Source: Vicinamibacteria bacterium
GTDB lineage: Bacteria > Acidobacteriota > Vicinamibacteria > Fen-336
Direction of reading: 5' to 3'
Assembly: GCA_036556965.1 (NCBI GenBank)
Contig: DATBIO010000241.1
Location: forward strand, 160-64,159
DNA length: 64,000 bases
Position numbers and translations under genes: made by a program
The notes under the pieces: generated by a model
Told to the model about the DNA's origin: nothing
What the model saw: only the letters and a program-made list of their open reading frames with translations
Databases searched by the model: none
Shown: positions 38,593 to 46,761 of the stretch, piece by piece
Numbering within the stretch: position 1 is the stretch's first letter
Layout of the letters: every line of letters starts with the position of its first letter

Positions 38593-39717
38593 TCAGCCCC
38601 GCGCCGGAAGGGCCACCGCCTTCGGCCGCAGCTCCAGCCGCGTGGGCACCTTGGTCACCGCGCAGGAGCGGCAGATCGGCTCGCCGCCGGCCTCGTCGTC
38701 CCAGGTGCGGCGGCGGTGCGCCTCCCGCAGGCGCTCGAAGTTGGGGCTGGCCCAGGCCTCCTTGATGCTCTTCATCAGCGGGTAGCCGGGCAGGCGCACC
38801 ACCGGCCCCCCGTCGATCTCCAGCGTGAAGCCCTGGCAGCAGGGCATGGTGTGGCGCCCGTCCCAGGTCACCACCATGCGGCGGAAGGGATCCGGGCACT
38901 GGAACTCGGAGGCGTCCATCTGCCGCCAGTGCGCGGCCTTCCAGTGGTGCTCGGTGCCGGCGGGGAAGTAGCACTCGCTGATCGACATCCAGTCCACGCC
39001 GATCTTCCCGCGCCAGAACTCCTCCATGCGCCCGCTGTCCACCGCCTCCGCGTTCACGTGCGTGCGCACCACGGAGGCGCGGATGCGGCAGTCGGGCGCG
39101 CCCTTGCCCTCCGCGCGCGCGCGCACCGCCGAGCGCACGGAGTTCAGGAGGATCTCCCAGCTGCCGCCCACGCGCTGCTTGTGGTAGCTGTCGGGGTCGC
39201 AGGCGTCCACGGAGAACATCAGGTCCGTGATGCCCGCCTCCACCATGTGGGCGAACAGGTCGGGGTTCTTGCGCGCGCCCCCGTTGCCGTTGGTGTTCAT
39301 CATGATGTCGGGGAAGCCCAGGCCCGAGGCCTCGCGCACGAAGGACACGATGCGCGGGTGCAGGGAGGGCTCGCCGCGGTAGTTGAGCTTGAGCGAGCTG
39401 ACGCCGGCGTCCGCGCACTGCTGGAGGAGGCGCCCGTAGAGGACGGGGTCCATGTAGCCCCGCTGGTAGGTGTAGGCGTCGAAGCCCTGGGTGCGGATGT
39501 GCTCGTGCGTCCAGATCTGGCAGAAGCCCTGGGGGTCCTCCTCCGAGCTGCCGCAGCGCAGGTCGCACACCGCGACCGACTCGAGGTCCACGTGCACCGG
39601 GTGGTCGGCGGGGTCGAGAAGGGCCTCGCGCCGGTCCCACTCGCGGCGGTACTCGTCGTAGCGCTGGGAGCGGCTGGGGAGGCTCCCGAGGACGCGGAAG
39701 GTCGGGTCTTTGCTCAT
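38593..39717 (-). CDS. radical SAM protein with C-terminal SPASM-like cysteine cluster
   Basis: An AGGAG SD precedes the ATG at about 39717. Radical-SAM core blocks [11 protein letters not shown] (GGE-like) and MMNTNGNG. Cys-rich N-terminus [20 protein letters not shown]-terminal CPDP...MPCCQGF...ICRSCAV. The first 106 codons of the ORF are junk. Confidence 0.75.
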   Translation of the reverse strand: MSKDPTFRVLGSLPSRSQRYDEYRREWDRREALLDPADHPVHVDLESVAVCDLRCGSSEEDPQGFCQIWTHEHIRTQGFDAYTYQRGYMDPVLYGRLLQQCADAGVSSLKLNYRGEPSLHPRIVSFVREASGLGFPDIMMNTNGNGGARKNPDLFAHMVEAGITDLMFSVDACDPDSYHKQRVGGSWEILLNSVRSAVRARAEGKGAPDCRIRASVVRTHVNAEAVDSGRMEEFWRGKIGVDWMSISECYFPAGTEHHWKAAHWRQMDASEFQCPDPFRRMVVTWDGRHTMPCCQGFTLEIDGGPVVRLPGYPLMKSIKEAWASPNFERLREAHRRRTWDDEAGGEPICRSCAVTKVPTRLELRPKAVALPARG

Positions 39718-39823
39718 CGCTCCTGCTTCACCAAACCGCGAGTGTAGCAAGGCGGTGCGGCCGGCCGGTAGCCGGTGGGCCCCTCCTCGGCGGGTGCTAT
39801 GATGCCGGGGCCCGCAGGGCTGC

Positions 39824-41950
39824 ATGGACCAACCCGACCGGCTCGGTAAGTACCAGATCATCTCCAAGATCGGCCAGGGGGCCATGGGCGAGGTGTTCAA
39901 GGCCCTCGACCCCTTCTTCAACCGCCACGTCGCCATCAAGACCATGCCCTCCGGCCTGGAGGACGACGAGCTGCGCAAGCGGTTCGTGCGCGAGGCCCAG
40001 TCCGCGGCCGTGCTCAGCCACCCCAACATCGTCACCGTCTACGACTTCGGCGAGGAGCAGGGCCGCATCTTCATGGCCATGGAGCTGCTCGACGGCCAGG
40101 ACCTCAAGGACGCCATCGCGCGCGGGGTGGCCCTGAGCCTCGAGCAGAAGATCACCATCATGGAGGAGATCGCGGAAGGGCTGGCCTTCGCCCACTCCCG
40201 CGCCATCGTCCACCGCGACCTCAAGCCCGCCAACATCCACCTCCTGCCCAACGGCACGGTGAAGATCATGGACTTCGGGCTGGCCCGCCTGGCCTCCTCG
40301 GACATGACGCGGGTGGGCACCGTGATGGGCACGCCCAACTACATGTCGCCGGAGCAGGTCCAGGGGGAGAAGGCGGACGTGCGGTCGGACGTCTTCTCCC
40401 TGGGCGCCGTGTTCTACGAGCTGCTCTCGGGCAAGAAGCCGTTCGAGGCCCCCTCCCTGCACGCCATCCTCTTCCAGGTCATGCAGAAGGAGCCGGAGCC
40501 GCTGGAGACGATCAAGCCCGAGCTGCCCGCGGCCGTCTGCGACATCGTGGTGAAGGCCCTGTCCAAGGACCCGAACCGCCGCTACCAGGACGCGGGCGAG
40601 CTGCGCGACGCCATCCACGAGGTGCGCACGTTCCTGTTCCCCAAGGACCGGGGGCGGCTGGGATCGGGGCCGTTGCGCCGTCCCACCGACACCGGGGCCC
40701 ATTCGCGGGCGGCCGCCATCGCCGCCGCCTCCACGCCGCCTCCGCCCGTGTCGGTGTCGCCGGCGGGCCGCGTGGAGGGAGCGGTGGCGCTGGCCCCGGA
40801 CCCGGCGGCGCCCGGCTCCACGCTCAAGCCGCAGAACCCCCCCACGCTCTCCGGCTTCTCGCAGACGCAGGTGGGCATCGGCGCGGAGCAGGCGGGGCGC
40901 AGGCGCCTCGCGCTGTACGCCGGGGGGGCGCTCGTGGCCGCCGCCGTGGCGGGCGCCACCTGGCTGTCCATGCGCGAGCAGGCCGCGCCGCCGGCGCCGG
41001 AGGTGACCGCGCCCGCCGCCGCCGTCCCCGCCCCTCCCGCCGTGGACCAGCGCGCCGCCTGGCTCGCCGCGGCGCAGCAGGCCCTGCGGGAGCGGAGGTA
41101 CGCGGAGGGGGTGTCGGAGGCGGAGAAGGTGCTGGCGGTGGACCCCGCCAACGTGGCCGCCACCGACGTGGCCCGCCTGGCGCGCCAGGGCCTCGCCGAC
41201 GTGGAGCGGGCGGTGGCGGACGTGCGCCGCGCCCTCGCCTCCGGCGACACGCGCGCGGCCTCGCGCGGCCTGTCGCGCCTTCTCGCCCTGGACCCCGAAA
41301 ACGCGGCGGTGGCCGAGTTCACGGCCCGCCTGAACAGCAGCTTCCGCACCGAGGCCCAGCAGGCGCGCGCGGCGTCGCAGCGGGCGGAGAAGGCGGCGCG
41401 GGACGCCGCCGCCGGCGCCCTGCCCGAGTTCGGCGCCGCCGCCACCGCGGCCGCCGACGCAGACGCCCTCTTCAAGCGCGAGGAGTACGCGGCGGCGGCG
41501 CGCCGCTACGGAGCGGCGGCGGAGGGATTCGCCCGCGCGCGCGCATCCGCGGAGAGCGCGGCGGCGGCCGCCGCGGCCGCCGCGGCCGCGGCCGCGGCCG
41601 CGACGCTGCCGCCGGCCCCCGCGCCCACCCCCGCGGCCGACCCGCGCTCCGCCGACGACGCCGCCATCCGTGCGGTGGTGGCCACCTACGCGCAGGCGCT
41701 GAAGACGCGCGACCTCGCGCTCTTCAAGAGCGTGAAGCCCGGCGTCACCGGCGCCGAGGAGCGCGCGCTGCGCCGCTCCGAGGCGGAGGACGTGGGCGTG
41801 AGCGTCGCGTCCATCGGCTTCAGCGGCGACCGCGCCCGGGTGCGCGTGACCCGCCGTGAGGTCAAGGACGGCAAGACCTCCCAGTCCCAGCAGACCCTGC
41901 TCCTCGTGAAGCAGGGCGCGAGCTGGGTGATCCAGCAGATCACCCGCTAG
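39824..41950 (+). CDS. Hanks-type Ser/Thr protein kinase with a C-terminal helical/poly-Ala region and a SnoaL/NTF2-like (DUF4440) domain
   Basis: Kinase subdomains GQGAMGEVFKA, VAIK, HRDLKPANI, DFGLA and GTPNYMSPE. A 17-residue Ala run. The C-terminus AIRAVVATYAQALKTRDLALFKSV...WVIQQI is NTF2-like. Confidence 0.9.
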   Translation: MDQPDRLGKYQIISKIGQGAMGEVFKALDPFFNRHVAIKTMPSGLEDDELRKRFVREAQSAAVLSHPNIVTVYDFGEEQGRIFMAMELLDGQDLKDAIARGVALSLEQKITIMEEIAEGLAFAHSRAIVHRDLKPANIHLLPNGTVKIMDFGLARLASSDMTRVGTVMGTPNYMSPEQVQGEKADVRSDVFSLGAVFYELLSGKKPFEAPSLHAILFQVMQKEPEPLETIKPELPAAVCDIVVKALSKDPNRRYQDAGELRDAIHEVRTFLFPKDRGRLGSGPLRRPTDTGAHSRAAAIAAASTPPPPVSVSPAGRVEGAVALAPDPAAPGSTLKPQNPPTLSGFSQTQVGIGAEQAGRRRLALYAGGALVAAAVAGATWLSMREQAAPPAPEVTAPAAAVPAPPAVDQRAAWLAAAQQALRERRYAEGVSEAEKVLAVDPANVAATDVARLARQGLADVERAVADVRRALASGDTRAASRGLSRLLALDPENAAVAEFTARLNSSFRTEAQQARAASQRAEKAARDAAAGALPEFGAAATAAADADALFKREEYAAAARRYGAAAEGFARARASAESAAAAAAAAAAAAAAATLPPAPAPTPAADPRSADDAAIRAVVATYAQALKTRDLALFKSVKPGVTGAEERALRRSEAEDVGVSVASIGFSGDRARVRVTRREVKDGKTSQSQQTLLLVKQGASWVIQQITR
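41557..41602 (+). repeat. GC-only (GCS)n trinucleotide repeat encoding poly-Ala inside the kinase gene
   Basis: About 15 consecutive GCG/GCC codons. Confidence 0.5.
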
Positions 41951-42073
41951 ACCGGGCCCACCGCCGAGCGCGGCAGCGGGGGAGTCTCCGCCTCCCGGCC
42001 TGTCGTGCGGCGGCTTCCGCTCCTCCGGACCTCGTGCGGCCCCTCCTTCGCGGATCCTCCACTCGTTCACCCC

Positions 42074-44503
42074 GTGAGTGGTCCCACGTTGAGCCAGCCC
42101 CTGGTCCTGCGCCGCGACGAGGCGCTCTCTCCCGAGCGCGGCCTCCTGGCCGTCCTCAAGGCCTTCGAGATCGAGAAGACGCTCGGCGAGGAGCCGGTGC
42201 TCGCCGCCCTCCGCCGCTTCCCGCCCGAGCCCGCGCAGCACGCGGACTTCCCGGAGGAGCTCCACCCGCGCCTGCGCGCGGCCCTCCGTGCGCGCGGCGT
42301 GGAGCGGCTCTACACGCACCAGCGCGAGGCCTACGACGCCGCGCGGCGCGGCGAGAACGTGGTGGTGGTGACGCCCACGGCCTCCGGCAAGACGCTCTGC
42401 TACACGCTGCCCGTCCTCGATCGCATCCTGGGCGAACCGGACGCGCGCGCCCTCTTCCTCTTTCCGACCAAGGCCCTCTCCCAGGACCAGCTGGCGGGCC
42501 TGCACGCCACGGTGGAGGAGCTGGGGGCGGACATCGGCACCTTCACCTACGACGGCGACACCCCCCAGGACGCGCGCAAGGCCATCCGCGCGCGCGCCCA
42601 CGTGGTCATCACCAACCCGGACATGCTCCACAAGGGCGTGCTGCCCCACCACACGAAGTGGGCGAGGCTCTTCGAGAACCTGCGCTACGTGGTGGTGGAC
42701 GAGCTGCACGGCTACCGCGGCGTCTACGGCTCGCACGTGGCCAACGTCTTCCGCCGCCTCCACCGCCTGTGCCGCTTCTACGGCTCCGCCCCCCAGTTCC
42801 TCTGCTCGTCCGCCACCATCGGCAACCCGCGCGAGCTGGCCGAGGCCCTGACCGGCCGCCCCATGCGCCTCGTCGACCGCAGCGGCGCCCCCCGCGGCGA
42901 GCGGTTCTTCGCCCTCTACAACCCGCCGGTGGTGAACCGCCAGCTCGGCATCCGGCGCTCCGCCCTCAACTGCGCGCGCGACGTGGCCCTCTCCTTCCTG
43001 GGCAAGGGTCTGCAGACCATCGTCTTCGCCCCCTCGCGCCTGTCCACCGAGGTGCTGGTCAGCTACCTGAAGGAGGCCCTCGAGCGCCGGCCCGGCGCGG
43101 AGGGCGTCATCCGCGGCTACCGCGGCGGCTACCTGCCGCTGAAACGGCGCGAGATCGAGCGCGGGCTGCGCGACGGCAGCGTGCTGGGGGTGGTCTCCAC
43201 CAACGCCCTCGAGCTGGGCGTGGACATCGGCAGCCTGGACGCCGCGGTGCTGCTCGGCTACCCGGGCAGCGTGGCCTCCACCTGGCAGCAGGCGGGGCGT
43301 GCCGGCCGCCGCCAGGGGGCCTCCGCCGCCGTGCTGGTGGCGAACTCGACCCCCCTGAACCAGTTCCTCGCGCGCAACCCCGAGTACTTCTTCGACGCGC
43401 CCGTCGAGCAGGGCCGGCTCAACGCCGACAACCTGCAGATCCTCCTGAGCCACGTCAAGTGCGCGGCTTTCGAGCTGCCCTTCGCCGACGACGAGCACGC
43501 GCTCTACGGCACGCGCGAGGACCTGGGCGAGGTGCTGCGTTTCCTGGAGGAGGAGCGGCTCCTGCACCGCTCGGGCGGGCGCTGGCACTGGACCTCCGAG
43601 AGCTATCCCGCGGACGCGGTCAGCCTGCGCAGCGTCTCCTCCGACAACTTCGTGGTGCAGGACGTGACCTCCGACCCGTGCGTGGTGGCGGAGGTGGACT
43701 TCGACAGCGCGCCCTCCACCCTGCACGAGAAGGCCGTCTACATCCTGGAGGGCCGCACCTACTTCGTGGAGCGCTACGACCACGAGCAGCGGCGCGCCCA
43801 CGTGCGCGAGGCGGAGGTGGACTACTACACCGACGCCATCACCCACTCCAAGGTGCGCATCCTGGAGACCTTCGACGAGCGGCCCGCGCGCGCCGCGCGG
43901 CGCAGCCACGGCGAGGTGCACGTCTCCTCGCAGGTGGTGGGCTTCAAGAAGATCAAGTTCCACACGGGCGAGAACGTGGGCGCGGGCGAGCTGCAGATGC
44001 CGGAGAGCCAGATGCACACCACCGCCTACTGGCTGACGGTGCCGCGCGCGGTCATGGCCGCCCTGCCCTACGGGAGCGAGGATCGGCGCGACGGCGTGGT
44101 CGCCCTCGCGCACGCGCTGGGCCAGCTGGCCGCCCTCTTCCTGATGTGCGACCGGCGCGACCTGGGCCTGGCCCTGGGCGAGGGCGGCACCGCCCAGCAC
44201 GCGGCGCGCCCCTCGCGCGGGCCCGGCGGCCCCGGCGACCGCTCCCTCTCCCTCGAATACGAGCCGCAGGTCTTCCTCTACGACGGCTACCCGGGCGGCA
44301 TCGGCCTCTCCGAGCCGCTCTTCCGGCTGCACGAGCGGCTGCTGGGCGAGAGCCGCGCGCTGATCGCCGCCTGTCCCTGCGCGGAGGGCTGCCCGTCGTG
44401 CGTGGGCCCCCCGGGCGAGGTCGGCCGCCGGGGCAAGGAGGTGGCCCTGGCCCTGCTCGACCGGCTGCACGGGCCGGCCCTCGAGGAGGCGGCGCCGGAG
44501 TGA
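42074..44503 (+). CDS. DEAD/DEAH-box helicase with C-terminal DUF1998 four-Cys domain (MrfA/YprA-like)
   Basis: Motif I TPTASGKT. DEAH-like VVVDELHGYRG. Helicase C block. The C-terminal DUF1998 CPCAEGCPSCVGPP. Exact start uncertain (GTG about 42074 or ORF start 42005). Confidence 0.85.
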   Translation: MSGPTLSQPLVLRRDEALSPERGLLAVLKAFEIEKTLGEEPVLAALRRFPPEPAQHADFPEELHPRLRAALRARGVERLYTHQREAYDAARRGENVVVVTPTASGKTLCYTLPVLDRILGEPDARALFLFPTKALSQDQLAGLHATVEELGADIGTFTYDGDTPQDARKAIRARAHVVITNPDMLHKGVLPHHTKWARLFENLRYVVVDELHGYRGVYGSHVANVFRRLHRLCRFYGSAPQFLCSSATIGNPRELAEALTGRPMRLVDRSGAPRGERFFALYNPPVVNRQLGIRRSALNCARDVALSFLGKGLQTIVFAPSRLSTEVLVSYLKEALERRPGAEGVIRGYRGGYLPLKRREIERGLRDGSVLGVVSTNALELGVDIGSLDAAVLLGYPGSVASTWQQAGRAGRRQGASAAVLVANSTPLNQFLARNPEYFFDAPVEQGRLNADNLQILLSHVKCAAFELPFADDEHALYGTREDLGEVLRFLEEERLLHRSGGRWHWTSESYPADAVSLRSVSSDNFVVQDVTSDPCVVAEVDFDSAPSTLHEKAVYILEGRTYFVERYDHEQRRAHVREAEVDYYTDAITHSKVRILETFDERPARAARRSHGEVHVSSQVVGFKKIKFHTGENVGAGELQMPESQMHTTAYWLTVPRAVMAALPYGSEDRRDGVVALAHALGQLAALFLMCDRRDLGLALGEGGTAQHAARPSRGPGGPGDRSLSLEYEPQVFLYDGYPGGIGLSEPLFRLHERLLGESRALIAACPCAEGCPSCVGPPGEVGRRGKEVALALLDRLHGPALEEAAPE

Positions 44504-45396
44504 AGGCGCGCCTCCTGCCCGCCCTGGCCGCCCTCGCCCTGGGCGCCGCCGCCTCCGGCGCCCCCGCGCGGCCGCCGGTGCGGGCGGTGGTGCTCGGCAT
44601 CGCGCAGGACGGCGGCGTGCCCCACATCGGCTGCGGCCAGGAGCTGTGCCGGCGCGCGCGGCGCTATCCCGCGCACGGCGAGCGCGTGGCCGCCCTCGGC
44701 CTCGTCGACGAGGCGGCGGGGAAGCGGTTCCTGGTGGAGGCCACCCCCGACCTGCCCGCGCAGGCCGACGCGCTGGGCGGACTCGACGGCATCCTGGTCA
44801 CCCACGCCCACATCGGCCACTACACCGGGCTCATGTACCTCGGCCGCGAGGCGCGGGGCGCCCGTGACGTGCCGGTGTGGGCCACCCCGCGCATGGCCGC
44901 CTTCCTGCGCGCCAACGCGCCCTGGAGCCAGCTGGTGGCCCTGGGCAACCTCTCCCTGCGCGAGGTCGAGCCCGGCCGCGAGGTCGTGCTCTCGCCCGGC
45001 CTGCGCGTGACCGCGCTGCGCGTGCCCCACCGCGACGAGCTGAGCGACACGGTGGCCTTCCGCGTCCGCGGGCCGTCCCGCGCCCTGCTCTTCCTGCCCG
45101 ACGTGGACAAGTGGGAGACGTGGGACCGCCGACTGGAGGACGAGGTGGCGGCGGTGGACCACGCGCTCCTGGACGGCACCTTCTTCGCCGCGGACGAGAT
45201 CCCCGGCCGCTCCCAGGCCGACATCCCGCACCCGCTGGTGCCGGAGACGATGGCCCTCCTGGGGGGGGGCCGCGGGCGCGTGCTCTTCATCCACCTCAAC
45301 CACACCAACCGCCTGCTCTGGGACGCGACCGCCCGCCGCTCTCTCGTGCGGCGCGGCTTCGGGGTCGCGCGCGAGGGCCAGGAGATCGCGCTCTGA
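44500..45396 (+). CDS. MBL-fold metallo-hydrolase with predicted Sec signal peptide (PqqB-like)
   Basis: GTG overlaps the helicase stop (GTGA). Signal-like VKARLLPALAALALGAAASGAPA. Metal-binding HAHIGHYTG (HxHxDH-type) and later His/Asp ligands. Confidence 0.7.
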   Translation: MKARLLPALAALALGAAASGAPARPPVRAVVLGIAQDGGVPHIGCGQELCRRARRYPAHGERVAALGLVDEAAGKRFLVEATPDLPAQADALGGLDGILVTHAHIGHYTGLMYLGREARGARDVPVWATPRMAAFLRANAPWSQLVALGNLSLREVEPGREVVLSPGLRVTALRVPHRDELSDTVAFRVRGPSRALLFLPDVDKWETWDRRLEDEVAAVDHALLDGTFFAADEIPGRSQADIPHPLVPETMALLGGGRGRVLFIHLNHTNRLLWDATARRSLVRRGFGVAREGQEIAL

Positions 45397-46724
45397 GCAG
45401 CGCCACCTGGGACCGGCTGCAGCGGCTGCGCCGGCCGGGCCCGCCGCCCGAGCTGCCGCGGCTGGAGGAGTCGCTCCTGGGCAGCCGTCACGACGAGCTT
45501 CCCCTGAAGGAGCGCCTGCAGCGGTTGATGGCGGCGGCGGGGGCGAGCCGCGCGCGGCCCCCGGCCGCCGTGCGCCAGCCGCGGCTGGAGGAGCTGCTGC
45601 AGGGTCGCCGCGCGGAGAACCCGCGCGGCGAGTTCTTCGTGGTGGAGCAGGACCTGCCCGCGGACACGCTGCACGGTGACGTCAGCCTGAGCCGCTTCGG
45701 CGTGCTGTCGCCCTCGACGGTGGCCGTGCTCTCGGGCGAGGCCGCCCTGGGCGCCTTCGACCTGAGGCGCGCGGTCTTCCTCGACACCGAGACCACGGGG
45801 CTGGCGGGGGGCACGGGCACCGCCGCCTTCCTGGTGGGCCTGGGCTGGCTCGAGGGCGGCCGCTTCCGCGTGCGCCAGTACCTCATGCGCGACTACCACG
45901 AGGAGGCGGCGCTGCTGCACGCGCTGGCCGCCGACCTGCATCGGTTCTGTCACCTCGTCACCTTCAACGGCCGCACCTTCGACCTCCCCCTGCTGGAGGC
46001 GCGCTTCCGCCTCAACCGCGAGCCGTGGCCGCTCGCCTCCTGCCTGCACCTCGACCTGCTCCCGCCGGCGCGGCGCTTGTGGCGCGCCCGCCTCATGTCT
46101 TGCCGCCTGCAGTCGCTGGAGACCGACCTCCTGCGCCTGCGCCGGCACGGCGACGTGGGGGGGGAGGAGATCCCGCGCATCTACTTCGACTTCGTGCGCC
46201 GCCGGGACGGGCGCGCGCTGGTCAAGGTGCTCGACCACAACCGCCTGGACGTGGTCTCGCTGGCTGCCCTCTCCATCCTGGCCTGCCAGTGGGTGGACGG
46301 GGGCTGGGCGGAGGACCCGCTGGACGTGTACTGCCTGGCCCGCGTCTACGAGCGCGCGCGCCTGTTCGAGCGCTCGGACGCCGAGTACCGCCGCGCGGCC
46401 GACGGGCCCAGCCCCGTGCGCGTGCCCGCGCTGCTGCGCCTGGCCGCGCGCGCGCGGCGCCGCGGCGACCACGCCGAGGCGGCGCGCCTGTGGGAGCACG
46501 CCGCGGACGAGGGCGACTGGCGCGCCCTGCGCGCCCTGGCCATCCACCACGAGCGGCGCGGGCGCAACCCGCTCTCCGCGCTGCGCGCGGTGGAGCGCGC
46601 CCTGGAGCGGCTGTGGGAAGAGGGCCGCCCGCCGGCGGGGAAGGCGGCGGTGGAGCTGCTGCAGCGCCGCGCGCGCCTGCGCGCCCGCATGGTGGAGCCG
46701 GGGCCGGGCGGCCGCGCCTCCTGA
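45393..46724 (+). CDS. DnaQ/DEDD-type 3'-5' exonuclease domain + TPR-like helical C-terminus (MrfB/YprB-like)
   Basis: Exo I motif AVFLDTETTGL. Later HNRLDVVSL (Exo III-like H/D). Helical repeats at the C-terminus. No ATG or GTG in frame near the 5' end, so a CTG overlapping the MBL stop (CTGA) or an internal start may be used. Confidence 0.65.
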   Translation: MSSATWDRLQRLRRPGPPPELPRLEESLLGSRHDELPLKERLQRLMAAAGASRARPPAAVRQPRLEELLQGRRAENPRGEFFVVEQDLPADTLHGDVSLSRFGVLSPSTVAVLSGEAALGAFDLRRAVFLDTETTGLAGGTGTAAFLVGLGWLEGGRFRVRQYLMRDYHEEAALLHALAADLHRFCHLVTFNGRTFDLPLLEARFRLNREPWPLASCLHLDLLPPARRLWRARLMSCRLQSLETDLLRLRRHGDVGGEEIPRIYFDFVRRRDGRALVKVLDHNRLDVVSLAALSILACQWVDGGWAEDPLDVYCLARVYERARLFERSDAEYRRAADGPSPVRVPALLRLAARARRRGDHAEAARLWEHAADEGDWRALRALAIHHERRGRNPLSALRAVERALERLWEEGRPPAGKAAVELLQRRARLRARMVEPGPGGRAS

Positions 46725-46761
46725 CAAGCCCCCCTCGGAACGGGGTAGACTCGCGCGCTTG

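Noticed and set aside
39797-44470. 1557-aa minus-strand ORF spanning the kinase and helicase genes
   Set aside because: Low-complexity antisense frame with no motifs. Both + strand genes are well supported.
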